The position numbers and the translations under genes are program-made. This document shows, piece after piece, positions 23,717 through 37,833 of a stretch of DNA of 64,000 nt. The notes under the pieces were generated by a model. That model did not search any database, was not told the origin of the DNA, and saw only the letters and a list, made by a program, of their open reading frames with translations. Position 1 is the stretch's first letter. Each line of letters opens with the position of its first letter. This stretch comes from the human T2T-CHM13v2.0 reference genome, Homo sapiens, in NCBI RefSeq assembly GCF_009914755.1, contig NC_060939.1. One strand, written 5' to 3'.

Positions 23717-24347
23717 TTATAATTATACTGAGGGGCAAAGCTTGCCATGATATGCTAAAAGAATTTTATGTAGGTATCATTATTATTGTCCCACGAAGAA
23801 ACTGAGGCTCAGAATGATTTAGCATCTTGCCTAATATCCCCTAGACAGCAAGTGGGATGGCAAGATATTAACGTGGTGCTTTTCCGTTAATTATCTTTTT
23901 CAATCCTAGTGACAGCAGTAAGAAATAGGCATTATTGTCCCTGTTTTAGAGATAAGGACATGGTAGCTTCCAAAGGTTGATGTGCTCAAGGGCATATAGG
24001 GAAAAGGCAAACTTGGATGCAGGCCCACATCTTAGGACTTCAGTGCCAGGAGTTCACAAAAGGCCTCTGCAGCACCTCCTCTCCCATTATCATGCCCTCT
24101 CTACCCCTCCAAGCCCCTTTGTCCAAATACTCAACTGCTTGCTATTCTGCAGACACACAGTCCTTTTTGCCTACAATTCCCCATCACTGGAGTGCCCGTC
24201 ATCACTGCCCTTCTTGGAAAAGCCTTCTCATTCTTCAACATCTCAATCAAATTTCATTCTTTCTTTGCTCTCCCTTGTATTCATGATCATAACATCATTT
24301 GAGCACTTCTCAGTATGCACTGTAGTTTTATATTTTAAAAGTATTGT

Positions 24348-24639
<292 letters not shown>

Positions 24640-24844
24640 CCATTGTGCTGCTTTTTGAGTTGCCATCTGCCATGGAACAATCACCGAAATGCATATTTTC
24701 ATAAAAAGTTTTACAGAGAAGACCATCCACTCTTGAGGTTGAACCCTCAGATATGATGAAACATGCAAAGGTCAAGATCAGGAGAAGGAAGGAATTCCTC
24801 CTGATCAGCCTTTGCTGATCTTTGTTGGCAAGCACCTGGGAGAT

Positions 24845-25212
24845 TGTATTCATCCGTTCTCATGCTGCTGTAAGGACATACCTGAGACTGGGTAATTTAT
24901 AAATGAAAGAGGTTTAACTGACTCACAGTTCCACAGGGCTAGGGAGGCCCCAAGAAACTTACAATCATGGCAGAAGGGGAAGCAAACACGTCCTTCTTCA
25001 AATGGCGCAGCAAGGAGTACAGAGCAAAGGGTGGGAAAAGCCCCTTAAAAAACCATCAGATCTCGTGAGAGTTCACTATCATGAGAACGGCATGAAGTTA
25101 ACCACCCCCATGATTCAGTTACCTCCCACTGGGTCCCTACTATGACACGTGGGGATTATCGAGACTACAGTTCAAGATGAGATTTGGGTGGGGTCACAGC
25201 CAAACCATATCA
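24845..25212 (-). mobile_element. THE1 (THE1B/C-like) MaLR solo LTR
   Basis: 368 bp. The reverse complement starts TGATATGGTTTGGCTGTG and ends ..GAGAACGGATGAATACA. Perfect 5-bp TSD GAGAT (24840-24844, 25213-25217). Confidence 0.93.
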
Positions 25213-25311
25213 GAGATTAACATGCTTTGTCTGTCTACCACATTTGCAAAGAGTCCACTCTCCATCTTGTGTTGAGATTTCACAATGGTGTTAAGAAAAT
25301 GAAGTCTTGTT

Positions 25312-25618
25312 GGCCGGGCACGGTGGCTCACGCCTGTAATCCCAGCACTTTGGGAGGCCGAGGCGGGCGGATCACGAGGTCAGGAGATCGAGACCATCCT
25401 GGCTAACACGGTGAAACCCCGTCTCTACTAAAAATACAACAGATTAGCTGAGTGTGGTGGTGGGTGCCTGTAGTCCCAGCTATTCGGGAGGCTGAGGCAG
25501 GAGAATGGCATGAACCCGGGAGGTGGAGCTTGCAGTGAGCTGACATCATGGGCCACTGCACTCCAGCCTGGGCGACAGAGCGAGACTCCCTCTCAAAAAA
25601 AAAAAAAAAAAAAAAGAA
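25312..25618 (+). mobile_element. AluY inserted in the RPS27A pseudogene
   Basis: Full dimer with AluY-type GAGATCGAGACCATCCTGGCTAACACGG and a long poly(A). TSD AAGAAAATGAAGTCTT (25293-25308, 25619-25634). Confidence 0.93.
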
Positions 25619-25939
25619 AAGAAAATGAAGTCTTATGCAACTCCCATGGAGACCAAAGAGAAAGAAGGTTAAGCTGGCTGTCCTGAAATACCATAAGGTG
25701 GATGAGAATGGCAAAATTAGCTGTCTTTGTAGGGAGTCCCCTTCAGATAAATGTGGTGGTGACATTTTTAAGGCCAGTCACTTTGACAGACATTATTGTG
25801 GGAAATGTTGTCTGACTTATTGCTTCAACAAACCAGAAGACAAGTAATTGTGTATGAGTTAATAAAAGACATGAACTAAGAATAAAACAAAATAAATAAC
25901 TCTTGTCCTCTCCAGATTCTGAGTTCTGTGAAGATCTGG

Positions 25940-26025
25940 ATTTTATCTGAATCATCTTTATATGTCCAGTGCCTAGCATTGTGTCTGGCACATAGTAGGT
26001 ATTCAATAAATGTTTGCTGAATAGA
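25940..26025 (+). mobile_element. L2 LINE 3' end
   Basis: CCAGTGCCTAGCA..GTGTCTGGCACATAGTAGGTATTCAATAAATGTTTGCTGAAT. Confidence 0.85.
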
Positions 26026-26544
26026 TATGTAATATCAATGAAACTGCCCTTGTCCTGGATGGTGAAAGGCACACCATGACATTTGACAGTATGCCTATCC
26101 CAGAATAATTTATAATTTCATTGAAAATATGAGAAGTGACACCCATGAAGAAATTAGAGAACAAAATAGGTATAGTCAGATGCCATATTGTGTGGTTTAA
26201 ATTCTGAGTGCTGAGGGGGAAAAGAAAGATGACATCTTTGGGGTGCTAGAGGGGGCTTTGGGGATGTGAACCCCCAAGGTGTGGGATGAAGTTCCCCCCT
26301 GTAGTAGGTTCCATGATAGCTATGCAACAGCATTAGTTGCTCAAATAAATTGAAGAAAGGCTGTTTCTTTGATACATTGATGGGCAGAGTGACTCTCAAT
26401 GGGACCATGGAATCTTAGACCCTTTAGTAAGAAGGATAATAAAAATTGTTTTGCCAAACAAAAAAGGAAGGGGAAGCCCAGAGAAATTCACCTCTGTTGA
26501 TTTCAACCAATGTTCTTTTTGTAAAATTTAATTTGTGTAAAATG

Positions 26545-26608
26545 TTTAAATGCATGATTTAATTTTTAATGCATGATTTAAGTTTTAATGCATGATTTAA
26601 ATTTTAAT
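26545..26608. repeat. 19-bp tandem repeat, three copies
   Basis: AATGCATGATTT at 26549, 26568 and 26587. Confidence 0.9.
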
Positions 26609-28699
26609 AATTAATAACTTTAATGTCTATGATTGAAGGTTAAAATTTGATAAGCAATTTAATTTCTAAGCCTGATATTTCTATTTTCTCATAAAGTAAA
26701 ATATGATGGGATTAAAGGCAGGACAGACTCACCCTTCCTGGTTTGTGATTGAGAAGGTCACCGATGGTCATAATTGCCTCCTTTTTTATGTGCTGTTGCC
26801 CTGCTAAGACATTTCTTGAAACACTTCATACTGTACTCACCCAAGGTTTCTAAAGCTGTCAATGTCAATTGCTTTTGTTCTTACCCTAACACATGTTGTC
26901 ACATGAGAAACATAAAGCCTTTCTTGTGAAGATAAGGTGAGCTATTATGGGTGCCTAAAAAGACTTGGAGATTAAGGATACCCTCTATGACAGTCAGGTC
27001 ATGGCAAGAAGCAGAATGCACCCTAGATGGATCAAATGAAGACACTTGAAAGAAAAAGATACTTACACATGAGCCGATAATAGGGCACCAACAGTGGATG
27101 TTAGGGCACTCAGAGACTAGCATCTGAGGGATGGGGGGAGGGAAGCTGTTATTACCCTTATATCTGAAGGAACAAGGAGAGTAAATAGTGTTACTGGAGC
27201 CCAGTATGAGCTGCACCAGGAAGAAAGGAACCACCCAAGAGGAGCTGTAGGTATGGGGGGTGGCAAATACTGCCAAAGACAGGCATGACATCAGGGAGAC
27301 GGAGAGGGAGAAAAAGATTTGATCTCACTCTCTTCCTGTCCCCAGTCTCCTGCTAATGTCCCCTCTGGCCATACCCAACCAGAAATGAGCTGTCAAGGGA
27401 GGCCAGGAGGTGCATCCACAGAGGTCAGGCTTTGTGGCATGGAGCAGGGCAGAGAAGAGCAGAGAATAGATCTGAGTAGGGTGTGTGTGTGTGTTGCCAG
27501 GGAGCAGGGGGTGGCCAGCCAGGATGTTCTGAGAGCCCAACTAGAAAAAGCCGCACATGATGGATGCCATCAGCTACTCTGAAGCAACTCTAGTCAGGTA
27601 ACCAAAGGTTGAGCAGACCCAGGATTCCACTCACAGTGCTTTGGATATTATTCTTGGGAAGCAGAACTGGAATATAATTTCAGTTAAGGAACTCTGATTG
27701 AAAATTAATTGCATTGTACCCAATCTGGGAGTTGTAAGAACTCTCGGAGTTTGGACAGCTGGGGTGAGAAGGCTCGGAGAGCAAGAATTTGGCCATGTGT
27801 CTCCAACACTATCCAGGGGAGAAGGTAGGCTCACTATAAATCCCCTTCAAGCCTTCCCCCAAAGGGGAGTGAATGCATTAGACTGTCATAGCTCAGTGAT
27901 ATCTGCCATGAAGACCATTCGTTTCTTCTCATGGCTCTGATTCCAGAGTCCCCAGAAGCCTTGTGTTTTGCATTTGACTTCTCATAAAGCTCTGTGCTGA
28001 TTAGCCCACAAAGGGTTCTGATTCTCTTGACAGCTATAACTCATTGTAAATTAATAAATTGGCGTCTGGTGTATCTGATGAACTAGAGCATTCTGAATCA
28101 GGGCTTTACATCTCCTCAGTCACCTCCTGCTTCATCTTCAGGGAACAGTCACACCTAGAGTCAATAACTCAGTGTCTGAAGCTCTGATGAGGAGTACCAC
28201 ATTTTGAAGTGAGGACTTTGCCTTTCTGCACAACCTCGCCAGGCAGCCTCACCAGAACATGTCTTTACTTCACCTTTCCAGCTGTAGTGGGAAGCTCACA
28301 GTACATACTCCACCTGCCTTTTCGATGCTTGTTCCTAGGAAAGTTGAGAACCCAAGGTTGTAAGGGGACTGTGAGACTAGCCATTCCATTCCCCTCTATC
28401 CCCCCGCCCAGATCATTTTTTAGAATAGGAAGGAGCATGATGAGTGGATGAATGCACGCATGAACGGATGCCTGGATGGATACAGTGCATGGATGGAGAT
28501 ATGGCTGCGTGGCTGCGCAGATGAAGGCGTGGATGCACGGATGTATGGACGGTGCTGTGGCCAGGGCTGCTCTTCAACACACACTCTGTTCTTGTTGTGG
28601 CAGAGGCTTGGGTGCCCTGTGCCACTGCTGCAGCCATGTTGTTGTATATTTCCATGCATATTATTAGTGCCCCACCTCGGGCATCTCCTTTTTCTGCTT

Positions 28700-29070
28700 C
28701 AGGTCATTCTCCAAAGCTGCAGAAACTCAGCCTAAGTGCAGAGCAAGCAGGAAGTGCAGAGGGGTCAACATCCTCAGGGGTAACCCTCAACCCATGATGG
28801 ATGAAAATCCATGCTTAAATGTTCCAGCCTCCCATCCTTCAAAGGAACAATTCTGAGATACATTCTATATGATTCCTCAGAGGTTCGCCAGCAGGACTGA
28901 CCTGTCCACAACAGTAACCAACTCAGCATCACGCCCTTTACTGGCTTTTCCTCCTTCCCTGCCTCACTCTCCCCACTCCCTCACTCCTGCTTCCTGGGAT
29001 CATCTCCCCCCAAATGCTCAAATCCTTGTCTAAGGCTCTGCTTCCAGGAGAAATGAAACACTGGTCAAAC
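28700..29070 (+). mobile_element. LTR16-family (ERVL) LTR remnant
   Basis: GCAGGAAGTGC..AACCCTCAACC..CTCACTCTCCCCACTCCCTCACTCCTGCTTCCTGGGATCA..AAATCCTTGTCT.AGGCTCTGCTTC motifs. Confidence 0.65.
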
Positions 29071-29304
29071 TGGTCTATTTCTCTTCCTCTGGAAGGAAGA
29101 TGCTGGTATTTATTCATGCATATATGCATTCCTCCTTTCCAGATGAGCAAATCAAGGCTGAGAAAGATTAAGGAACTTTCCCAACTTCACAAGACAATAA
29201 GTGACATTGCTGAGCTAGGTGGATACCAACCTATAGGACAATCCTTAGTTATGGGCCTGCAGAATCTCACAGCTGGAAGGACTGAGGACTCAGAATCACC
29301 TAGT

Positions 29305-29417
29305 GCAATGTTTCTCAACCTATTATGACCTTCCCAAAGAGCCTTTTAAGACTTTTTTTTCCTAATTACCCCCATGACATTTTAATACTAAAACTGTATT
29401 GCATATCTAACTATGGA

Positions 29418-29490
<73 letters not shown>

Positions 29491-30012
29491 TAGCTAGATA
29501 TTCTTTGTAATGTTGACAATTTTAAATAATTTTCAGCAGTTGACATAATTACTGGTGGGTTGACTCACTTAGAAGAATGAAATAGTAAAATATAAATTAT
29601 TTTTATTTATTTCTCAAGGCTTAAGTTACACACAAAAGCACTGAGGATCAAACATAAGCAACACCCACAAGGCAGCTAATGGCAGCCAATAGGCACACAC
29701 AAACCAGCTGTCATGATGGAACTTTCTCATGCAGCAAGCAATGAAAAGAAAGTCCCCGCATCCCAACCATCTATTCACCATAGCTTTGCAGCACTGATCT
29801 TGCATGCATTTTGCGTATCTCCCATGAACTTAACATCGATGCTGTTCATTTAATACCCAAGAAAATCCAATTAGAGAAATAAGCACTAAGGAATAAGATT
29901 TTTTTGCCTGGTATGGTTGCACTTTGGCAGGCTGTAAACTATTGTAATATCTAAGATTTTTTTTGCCTCCACAAGAATCATGTTTTACCCCCTTGGGTGA
30001 GCTGAGAATATA
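29305..30012. mobile_element. Charlie-type hAT fossil (possibly Charlie4a) containing a microsatellite
   Basis: CAATGTTTCTCAAC start and ..ATTGTAATATCTAAGATTTTTTT..CCCCCTTGGG..TGAGAAT end. Confidence 0.45.
29420..29488. repeat. Compound (CT)n(GT)n microsatellite
   Basis: Directly visible. Confidence 0.97.
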
Positions 30013-30153
30013 TGATTTAGTCCAACACCATCATTTTCCAGATTAGAGGGACACTGAAGGCTAAAGGTGCAGTCACATGATGAGACAAAGCCGAATGGAG
30101 TGAAAATCAGATCTTCAGACTCCAGGCACAGAGCTCATTTTAAATTACCCAAG

Positions 30154-30450
<297 letters not shown>

Positions 30451-30987
30451 AACCCAAGAACCTTGCTCACCAGTCAATATGAATTAGGCCTAGGCTCAGC
30501 TAGTCTTGGTGCTTTCCGGCCCTCAATTTTTGTTGGGGAATAAAAAATCTTCATTTCACTGTGGAAGGTATGGTGAGTATTAAGCTGTGTTATGGTGTCT
30601 CCCTGACCCCATTTCCACTGGAGCATACAAAAGCAGAGAGCTAATTATATGATAGTAATTACCTGGAAGTTGTATGTTTATTGGTTTTCCATTAGTGGAT
30701 ACTATTTTCGAACTCTTCGTTGTTATGCTCTAGCGACAGGAGTCACACTGTCTCTACTCCAAATGTCCCCTCCAATCTCATGATTAGCAGGCTTTTTACA
30801 TGGGGCCATTGCTGGCAGCATGAGACACCCCCAGGGTAGGGAAGGGAGGTTTGACTCAGTCCATACAGGAGGCCCCAGAGGTCTCCACCCACATTCACGG
30901 GCACCTCACTTGAAAAGAGCCTTTAATAATAAAGTACTCAACATCTGGTCTAAATGAAGCATATTCCTCCTTGCCCTTGGATACTGA

Positions 30988-31376
<389 letters not shown>

Positions 31377-31863
31377 AATTGCCCCTTTTCTACCAGCTCT
31401 TCTTACAACAGAGAAATCCTGAGCCTCGCTTGTAATTATAGTGAGGAAATATTTCTATGAGCTTTTAAAAGGGAAGCCTAAACTGGGTCAAAATGTTGAA
31501 GGTGATAGGTCAGGGAGCAAGGGTCAATACTAGCTTTACTCTGATGAGTTGATTGCTAGGGGCTTTGAGTGTCTTTTGCCAAATTTGAGGGCCCTCTCCT
31601 AGAATTCCACTATCAGCACCTCATCCTATTGTTATTATTGTTACAACTGAGATTGATAGACATCTGTGGAGGATTTTACAGTCTGCAAAGTGCCTTTTAC
31701 ATGAAGTACATCACTTATCTTCACTGCAAATGCTGAGGGCAAGTTAGATTACTTGGCCCTACTTACTGCACTGTTAAAATGCATCTCTTCACTCCTCCAG
31801 AAGGGCCACAGGGCACTTGTTTCCAGTCATATTTATGTTTGTTGTGGGTAAAAAGCTAGCTTG

Positions 31864-31982
31864 GGCTGGGCATGGTGGCTCATGCCTGTAATCCCAGCAT
31901 TTTGGGAGGCCAAGGCGAGAGGCCAGGAGTTTGAGACCAGCCTGATCCCATCTCTATTTACCAAAAAAAAAAAAAAAAAAAA
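31864..31982 (+). mobile_element. Alu monomer (FLAM-like)
   Basis: Left-arm-only sequence with poly(A), TSD AAAAAGCTAGCTT. Confidence 0.85.
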
Positions 31983-32928
31983 GCTAGCTTACAGTACTAG
32001 TAGCTCCTGCCTTGTTCATAGGAGGATCTCAGCACCTAGCAAAATGCCCAACACGTAGAATACAGGAAATGTTTATTGAGAGAAAGAATGCATGCATCTA
32101 GCCTAGGAGTTTTTTTCCTTTTTATTTTTTATTTCAATAGCACTTGGGGTACAAGAGGTTTTTGGTTACATGGATGAATTGCACAGTGGTGAAATCTGAG
32201 ATTTTAGTAGCATAGGAATTCAAGTGACTATTGCTCATTTATAGGCCCTCTCCCTGTTCAGTACATTCTCACATCCATGCCTTTGCAGATTCCACGTACT
32301 TGAAACTCCCTCTAAAAATGTCCATCAGCTTTGGCGTGGATGCTACTAATTTAGAGACCCTCCCGGGGCTACGGACCCACAGTGATCCTTTCTTTTCTGA
32401 AATCCTTCAGCCCTCCTCACCCAAATCATCAGTTTCACTCAGCCTTGACATCAGATTGGAACCAATTAATTACCTGCTAAACTACCTCATGTAAGAAACA
32501 GGTCTAAAGATGTAAACAGCCTTGCCCAGTGAGTCAGTGGCAGGCAGGGTCAGACCCAGAATCCAGGTCTTTTATTAGCTGCCCAGTGTACTTCCCATTA
32601 CATCAAGAACAGGAAATAGGTTTCACCATGACTATCACCTTTGATCAAGCTGTGGTGGCCGCCCAGAGTGATAGACTGAGAATGCCTGTGAGAGAGCAGC
32701 CCAGGATGGTGGGAAAGAGTGCTGCGATCGCTTGATCATGTCTGCCAGGCTGTGGAAATGAAGAGTTTGGTGTGGAGAGTGGCTCACATTGCAAAAGTTG
32801 GGACCCCCATTTAATCTGACCTGAATCCTCCACTGTAAGGATGTTGTTGGCTGTCCCTTCACTCTCCCAACTCCAAGAGAATTGATTCAGGGCAACTCCC
32901 TTTTGCTCACATTAAAAAGAAATAATAA

Positions 32929-33225
<297 letters not shown>

Positions 33226-33587
33226 AAGAAAGCATAATCTGAAGGTCAGTCCTGGGGTTAGGTCAGAACTTCCCTCCTACCCTGCTTGGAGTTAAGGATA
33301 TAGTGCTTGTTACTTGTCCCCCAACTCCAGAGTCAGCTTCAAAGATTTGACTGTGTATTTGTACAATTAGAAGAGTAATCTCTAGGAAACAAGCAGCTCA
33401 GTAATGAAATGTTACAATCCCAGCAGGGCCAAGCAAGCCTATTGTGGTGCTTTCTAGGCAGAAGGAGGCTTAAGGAAAGGATCAAGCACATTGCTGCTAA
33501 GAATGTGCAATACCAACTCCACTGAGAGAGAAGCACGGTTGCAAACTAGGGGACAATTAGATGTTTTCCTTCTTTGTGGATTTGGAA

Positions 33588-34141
<554 letters not shown>

Positions 34142-34177
34142 TTACAGATATGTGTGTATCCAATCTATCTAATTTAT

Positions 34178-34223
34178 CCATTACTTAATGGCAAAAACTG
34201 AAATTACTTTTGCACCAACCTAA
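34178..34223. mobile_element. MADE1 (Hsmar1 MITE) half element
   Basis: CCATTACTTAATGGCAAAAACTGAAATTACTTTTGCACCAACCTAA matches one mariner TIR arm. Confidence 0.8.
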
Positions 34224-34241
34224 TAAAAGTTATGCACTGGT

Positions 34242-34545
34242 GGCCGGGCGTGGTGGCTCACACCTGTAATCCCAGCACTTTGGGAGGCCGAGGCAAGCAG
34301 ATCACTTGAGGTCAGGAGTTCAAGACTAGTCTGGCCAACATGATGAAACCCTGTCTCTACTAAAAATACAAAAATTAGCCAGGTGTGCTGGCACACACCT
34401 GTAATCGCAGCTACTTGGGAGGCTGAGGCAGGAGAATCACTTGAACTCGGGAGGCAGCGCTTGCAGTGAGCTGTGATTGTGTCACTACACTCCAGACTGG
34501 GTGACAGAGCAAGACTCCATCTCAAAGTAAAATAAAATAAAATAA
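34242..34545 (+). mobile_element. AluS
   Basis: 20-bp TSD AATAAAAGTTATGC(A/C)CTGGT. Confidence 0.92.
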
Positions 34546-36380
34546 AAGTTATGCCCTGGTTAATCAGAAAAATAAAGAAGCATACCTGATCCTCCGGATG
34601 GTAGTTCTGTTTTATGGAACAGTGTGCCTCTGCTGACTGTGATCAGTCCTGCTGACCCTGGATATCATCCCAGACTCAATAACTCAGACTTAAAGAATGG
34701 TATTGAGGAGAAGGAGATGCTTTGGGGTAAGATCAAGCCCTAGACTTTGAAGGTGAGATTTCCTGAAAAGTGGGAGAAGATTTGCAAGCCAGAGTAAAAA
34801 GATGTGCAAGTCAGATCTGTAAGGCAGAAGCACAAAGGAGGAAGCTTTCTCAGAGAAGCCTGAGGCTGGGGCACAGGATTAGAGACTGGTAGGGCCCCAG
34901 GTAGGACTGAGTTGTGCAACATGGCAGCCCTGGGGAGGGTTTAACTTATTGATGTGCTCCGTCAAACTATGAAAAATTATATAGCACGCAAGCTTAAAAT
35001 GTTTCCCACTACTACACAGAGATTCCCCTAGATATCTTATCCTCCTAGTTTCGCCTCATATGACATTGCTGTGGAGATAAAGAGGTCAGGCAGAGGAGGA
35101 GAGTGGCCTCTCCCTCCTGTGAGAAAAGGCACTTGCTCCCAACAGGATCAGGAGTGAGGACTCAGATGGTCCTCGCAAGCCATCAGGGGGAGCATGTGGT
35201 GTTGAAGAGACCCTGCCGTTCAAACCTCCTTGCTGGTAGTGACACTGAGGGACTGGAACCCCTTAAGGGGAAGCAGCTGAGGTTTGGGCCAGCTCAGGTG
35301 AAGCAGGCTGGCTGCCCTCTGCCCTAATCCTCTGAAGGAGCTGGAGGTAAGAAATGCTCTGACTCTCTCACAGGAGGGCTGGAAGACCCAGTTCAGTGGG
35401 AACTGTAAAATGCTTGGGAAAACAGAGACCCCTATTAATGCAAAATATTATTATGAACCCTCCCTCCCCACATACTTTTCAACCTCATGAGGTGTTGTCT
35501 TTAAGGCCCAGTCTGGTTTAAATTATAAGATGAATAAACTCACCTGACCTGACAAGCAAATGTTCTGCTGGACCCACAGAGCCTTGGAAAGAGCAGCCTT
35601 TGCTTCTCCGCCCGTTTAGGAGGAGCAACCCTGTGGGCCTGTGGGAAATGCATGGACTGGGTGTCTGGCAGGTCTGGGTTTGAAGCTCAGCTTCATGAGC
35701 AGTGGGCCTTGGCCTTGCTGCGCCTCATTTCCCCCCACTCACAGGGCTGTCTTGAGGCTGGGTGGAGTAGTCCTCTGGAAGCCCTGAAGGTTTGACCGTT
35801 CTAAAGCAGTGTTTCAGGTGAATTTATACATTGATGGGAAGGAAAGAAAGTCTGTTGGATTTTTAGACGATGCTTATGCTTTGGATACAATCAAGCTCTT
35901 TCCCCAAGGGCCAGACCAGGGACAAATGAGCTGTATCCCTAGTAAGCTAGCTTTCTTTTAATATGAGGATGTATTATTTGCCACAAAGGACAAATGTGAA
36001 ACTACCTCTTGATCAGTCACAGACTGTGGGCCTCTTGGGAGTCTGGGAGGTCACAGGTCAAGGCCTAGAGAAATGGCTGTGTCCTAGGATTAGGGACAGT
36101 GGAACTGCTTTCTCTCCTGAGGCCTCTTTGGTGTGGTCATGGGGTGCTGCTGATGTCTGCAGCCCTCTGGGCACTCTCTCAAAGCTGCCCTGTAGCTGGA
36201 ACATCTATCTGCATCCCTACTCAGCGCAGAGGCAGTGAAATGGCAGCAAACAACTCCCTTCTATTTCCTGGTGGCTTGTTCTCTGGGACACGGAGAAGAG
36301 CATGGTGACTGCCAGGTTTCAGGCCTACCTAGCAGGGCAATGAGAGCTCCTGGGCACCTGAGGATTCAGAACCACTTCTT

Positions 36381-36697
<317 letters not shown>

Positions 36698-37524
36698 AGA
36701 ACCACTTCTTAATTGAAGAGAACATCTTCCTTCTCTTTGTCTATGGGATAAAGTCCTATACCTGTAACCAAGGCCATACCCAAGGGTCCCCCAAATAGCT
36801 CAACTCAACTGGCTGATGCTCATGGGTAGCCATGACCCCTCCAGCCCATTGCCCAGCCTGTCACACGCTTCCTGCCTTTACACATGCCACTCCCTCACTT
36901 CCTATTTCTACCAGATGAACACCTGCCTGTTTATCAGTGTCTCTGAGAAAACATCCCCCTTTCCCCCCAAGAGCAAGGGCAAGGCTCTGCCTTCATTGCA
37001 TCCTTAGCCCTCCAAGCTAGCTGATCTACTCTCACATCACTCCCCTGACCAGCATGTAGAAGCAATCCACACAGAAGCAGGCCTGGCATGAAGTGTGGTC
37101 CTGGGGCCCCTGTTGGGCCATCTTAACTCATTGGTTGCTTGATCATGAGGTGGGGCCCAAAGAAGTGACAGGGCTGCTGGGACTGAGGGAATTACTCAGG
37201 CAATTGATGCTGACTCTACCTTTTTGTGATCAATCTGGTCTCCTTGGTTCCAGGATTTGGAGCTCTGTGCTCCAGCAATGCAAGCTGCCTCTGAACCATT
37301 TGTCTTGTCCTCCTGCCCTAGGACTTTCCTTCTGCCTTTGACTTTAATTTTCTGCATGGATCCTGGACATGGTTCAAACTTCTGGTTCTAGTGGCCCAAC
37401 TCTCTATGAAGAAGAATTCCCTGTCTCAGCCCCAGAATCTCAGGTTTTCACCCAGCTTGCTATCCTCAAGGGATAAATCAGACTCTTTCCTCTCTGCATC
37501 CCATCTTTTTGTTGTATAACTTAT

Positions 37525-37833
<309 letters not shown>

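Larger units (their letters stand above)
24651..25899 (+). pseudogene. RPS27A: Processed pseudogene of ubiquitin-40S ribosomal protein S27a fusion, split by a THE1 LTR and an AluY
   Basis: 5'UTR-like CTTTTTGAGTTGCCATCTGC, ATG at 24689, degenerate frameshifted ubiquitin (..[30 protein letters not shown]). C-terminus [42 protein letters not shown] (stop 25845-25847). AATAAA at 25861, A-rich tail to ~25899, no introns. Confidence 0.96.
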
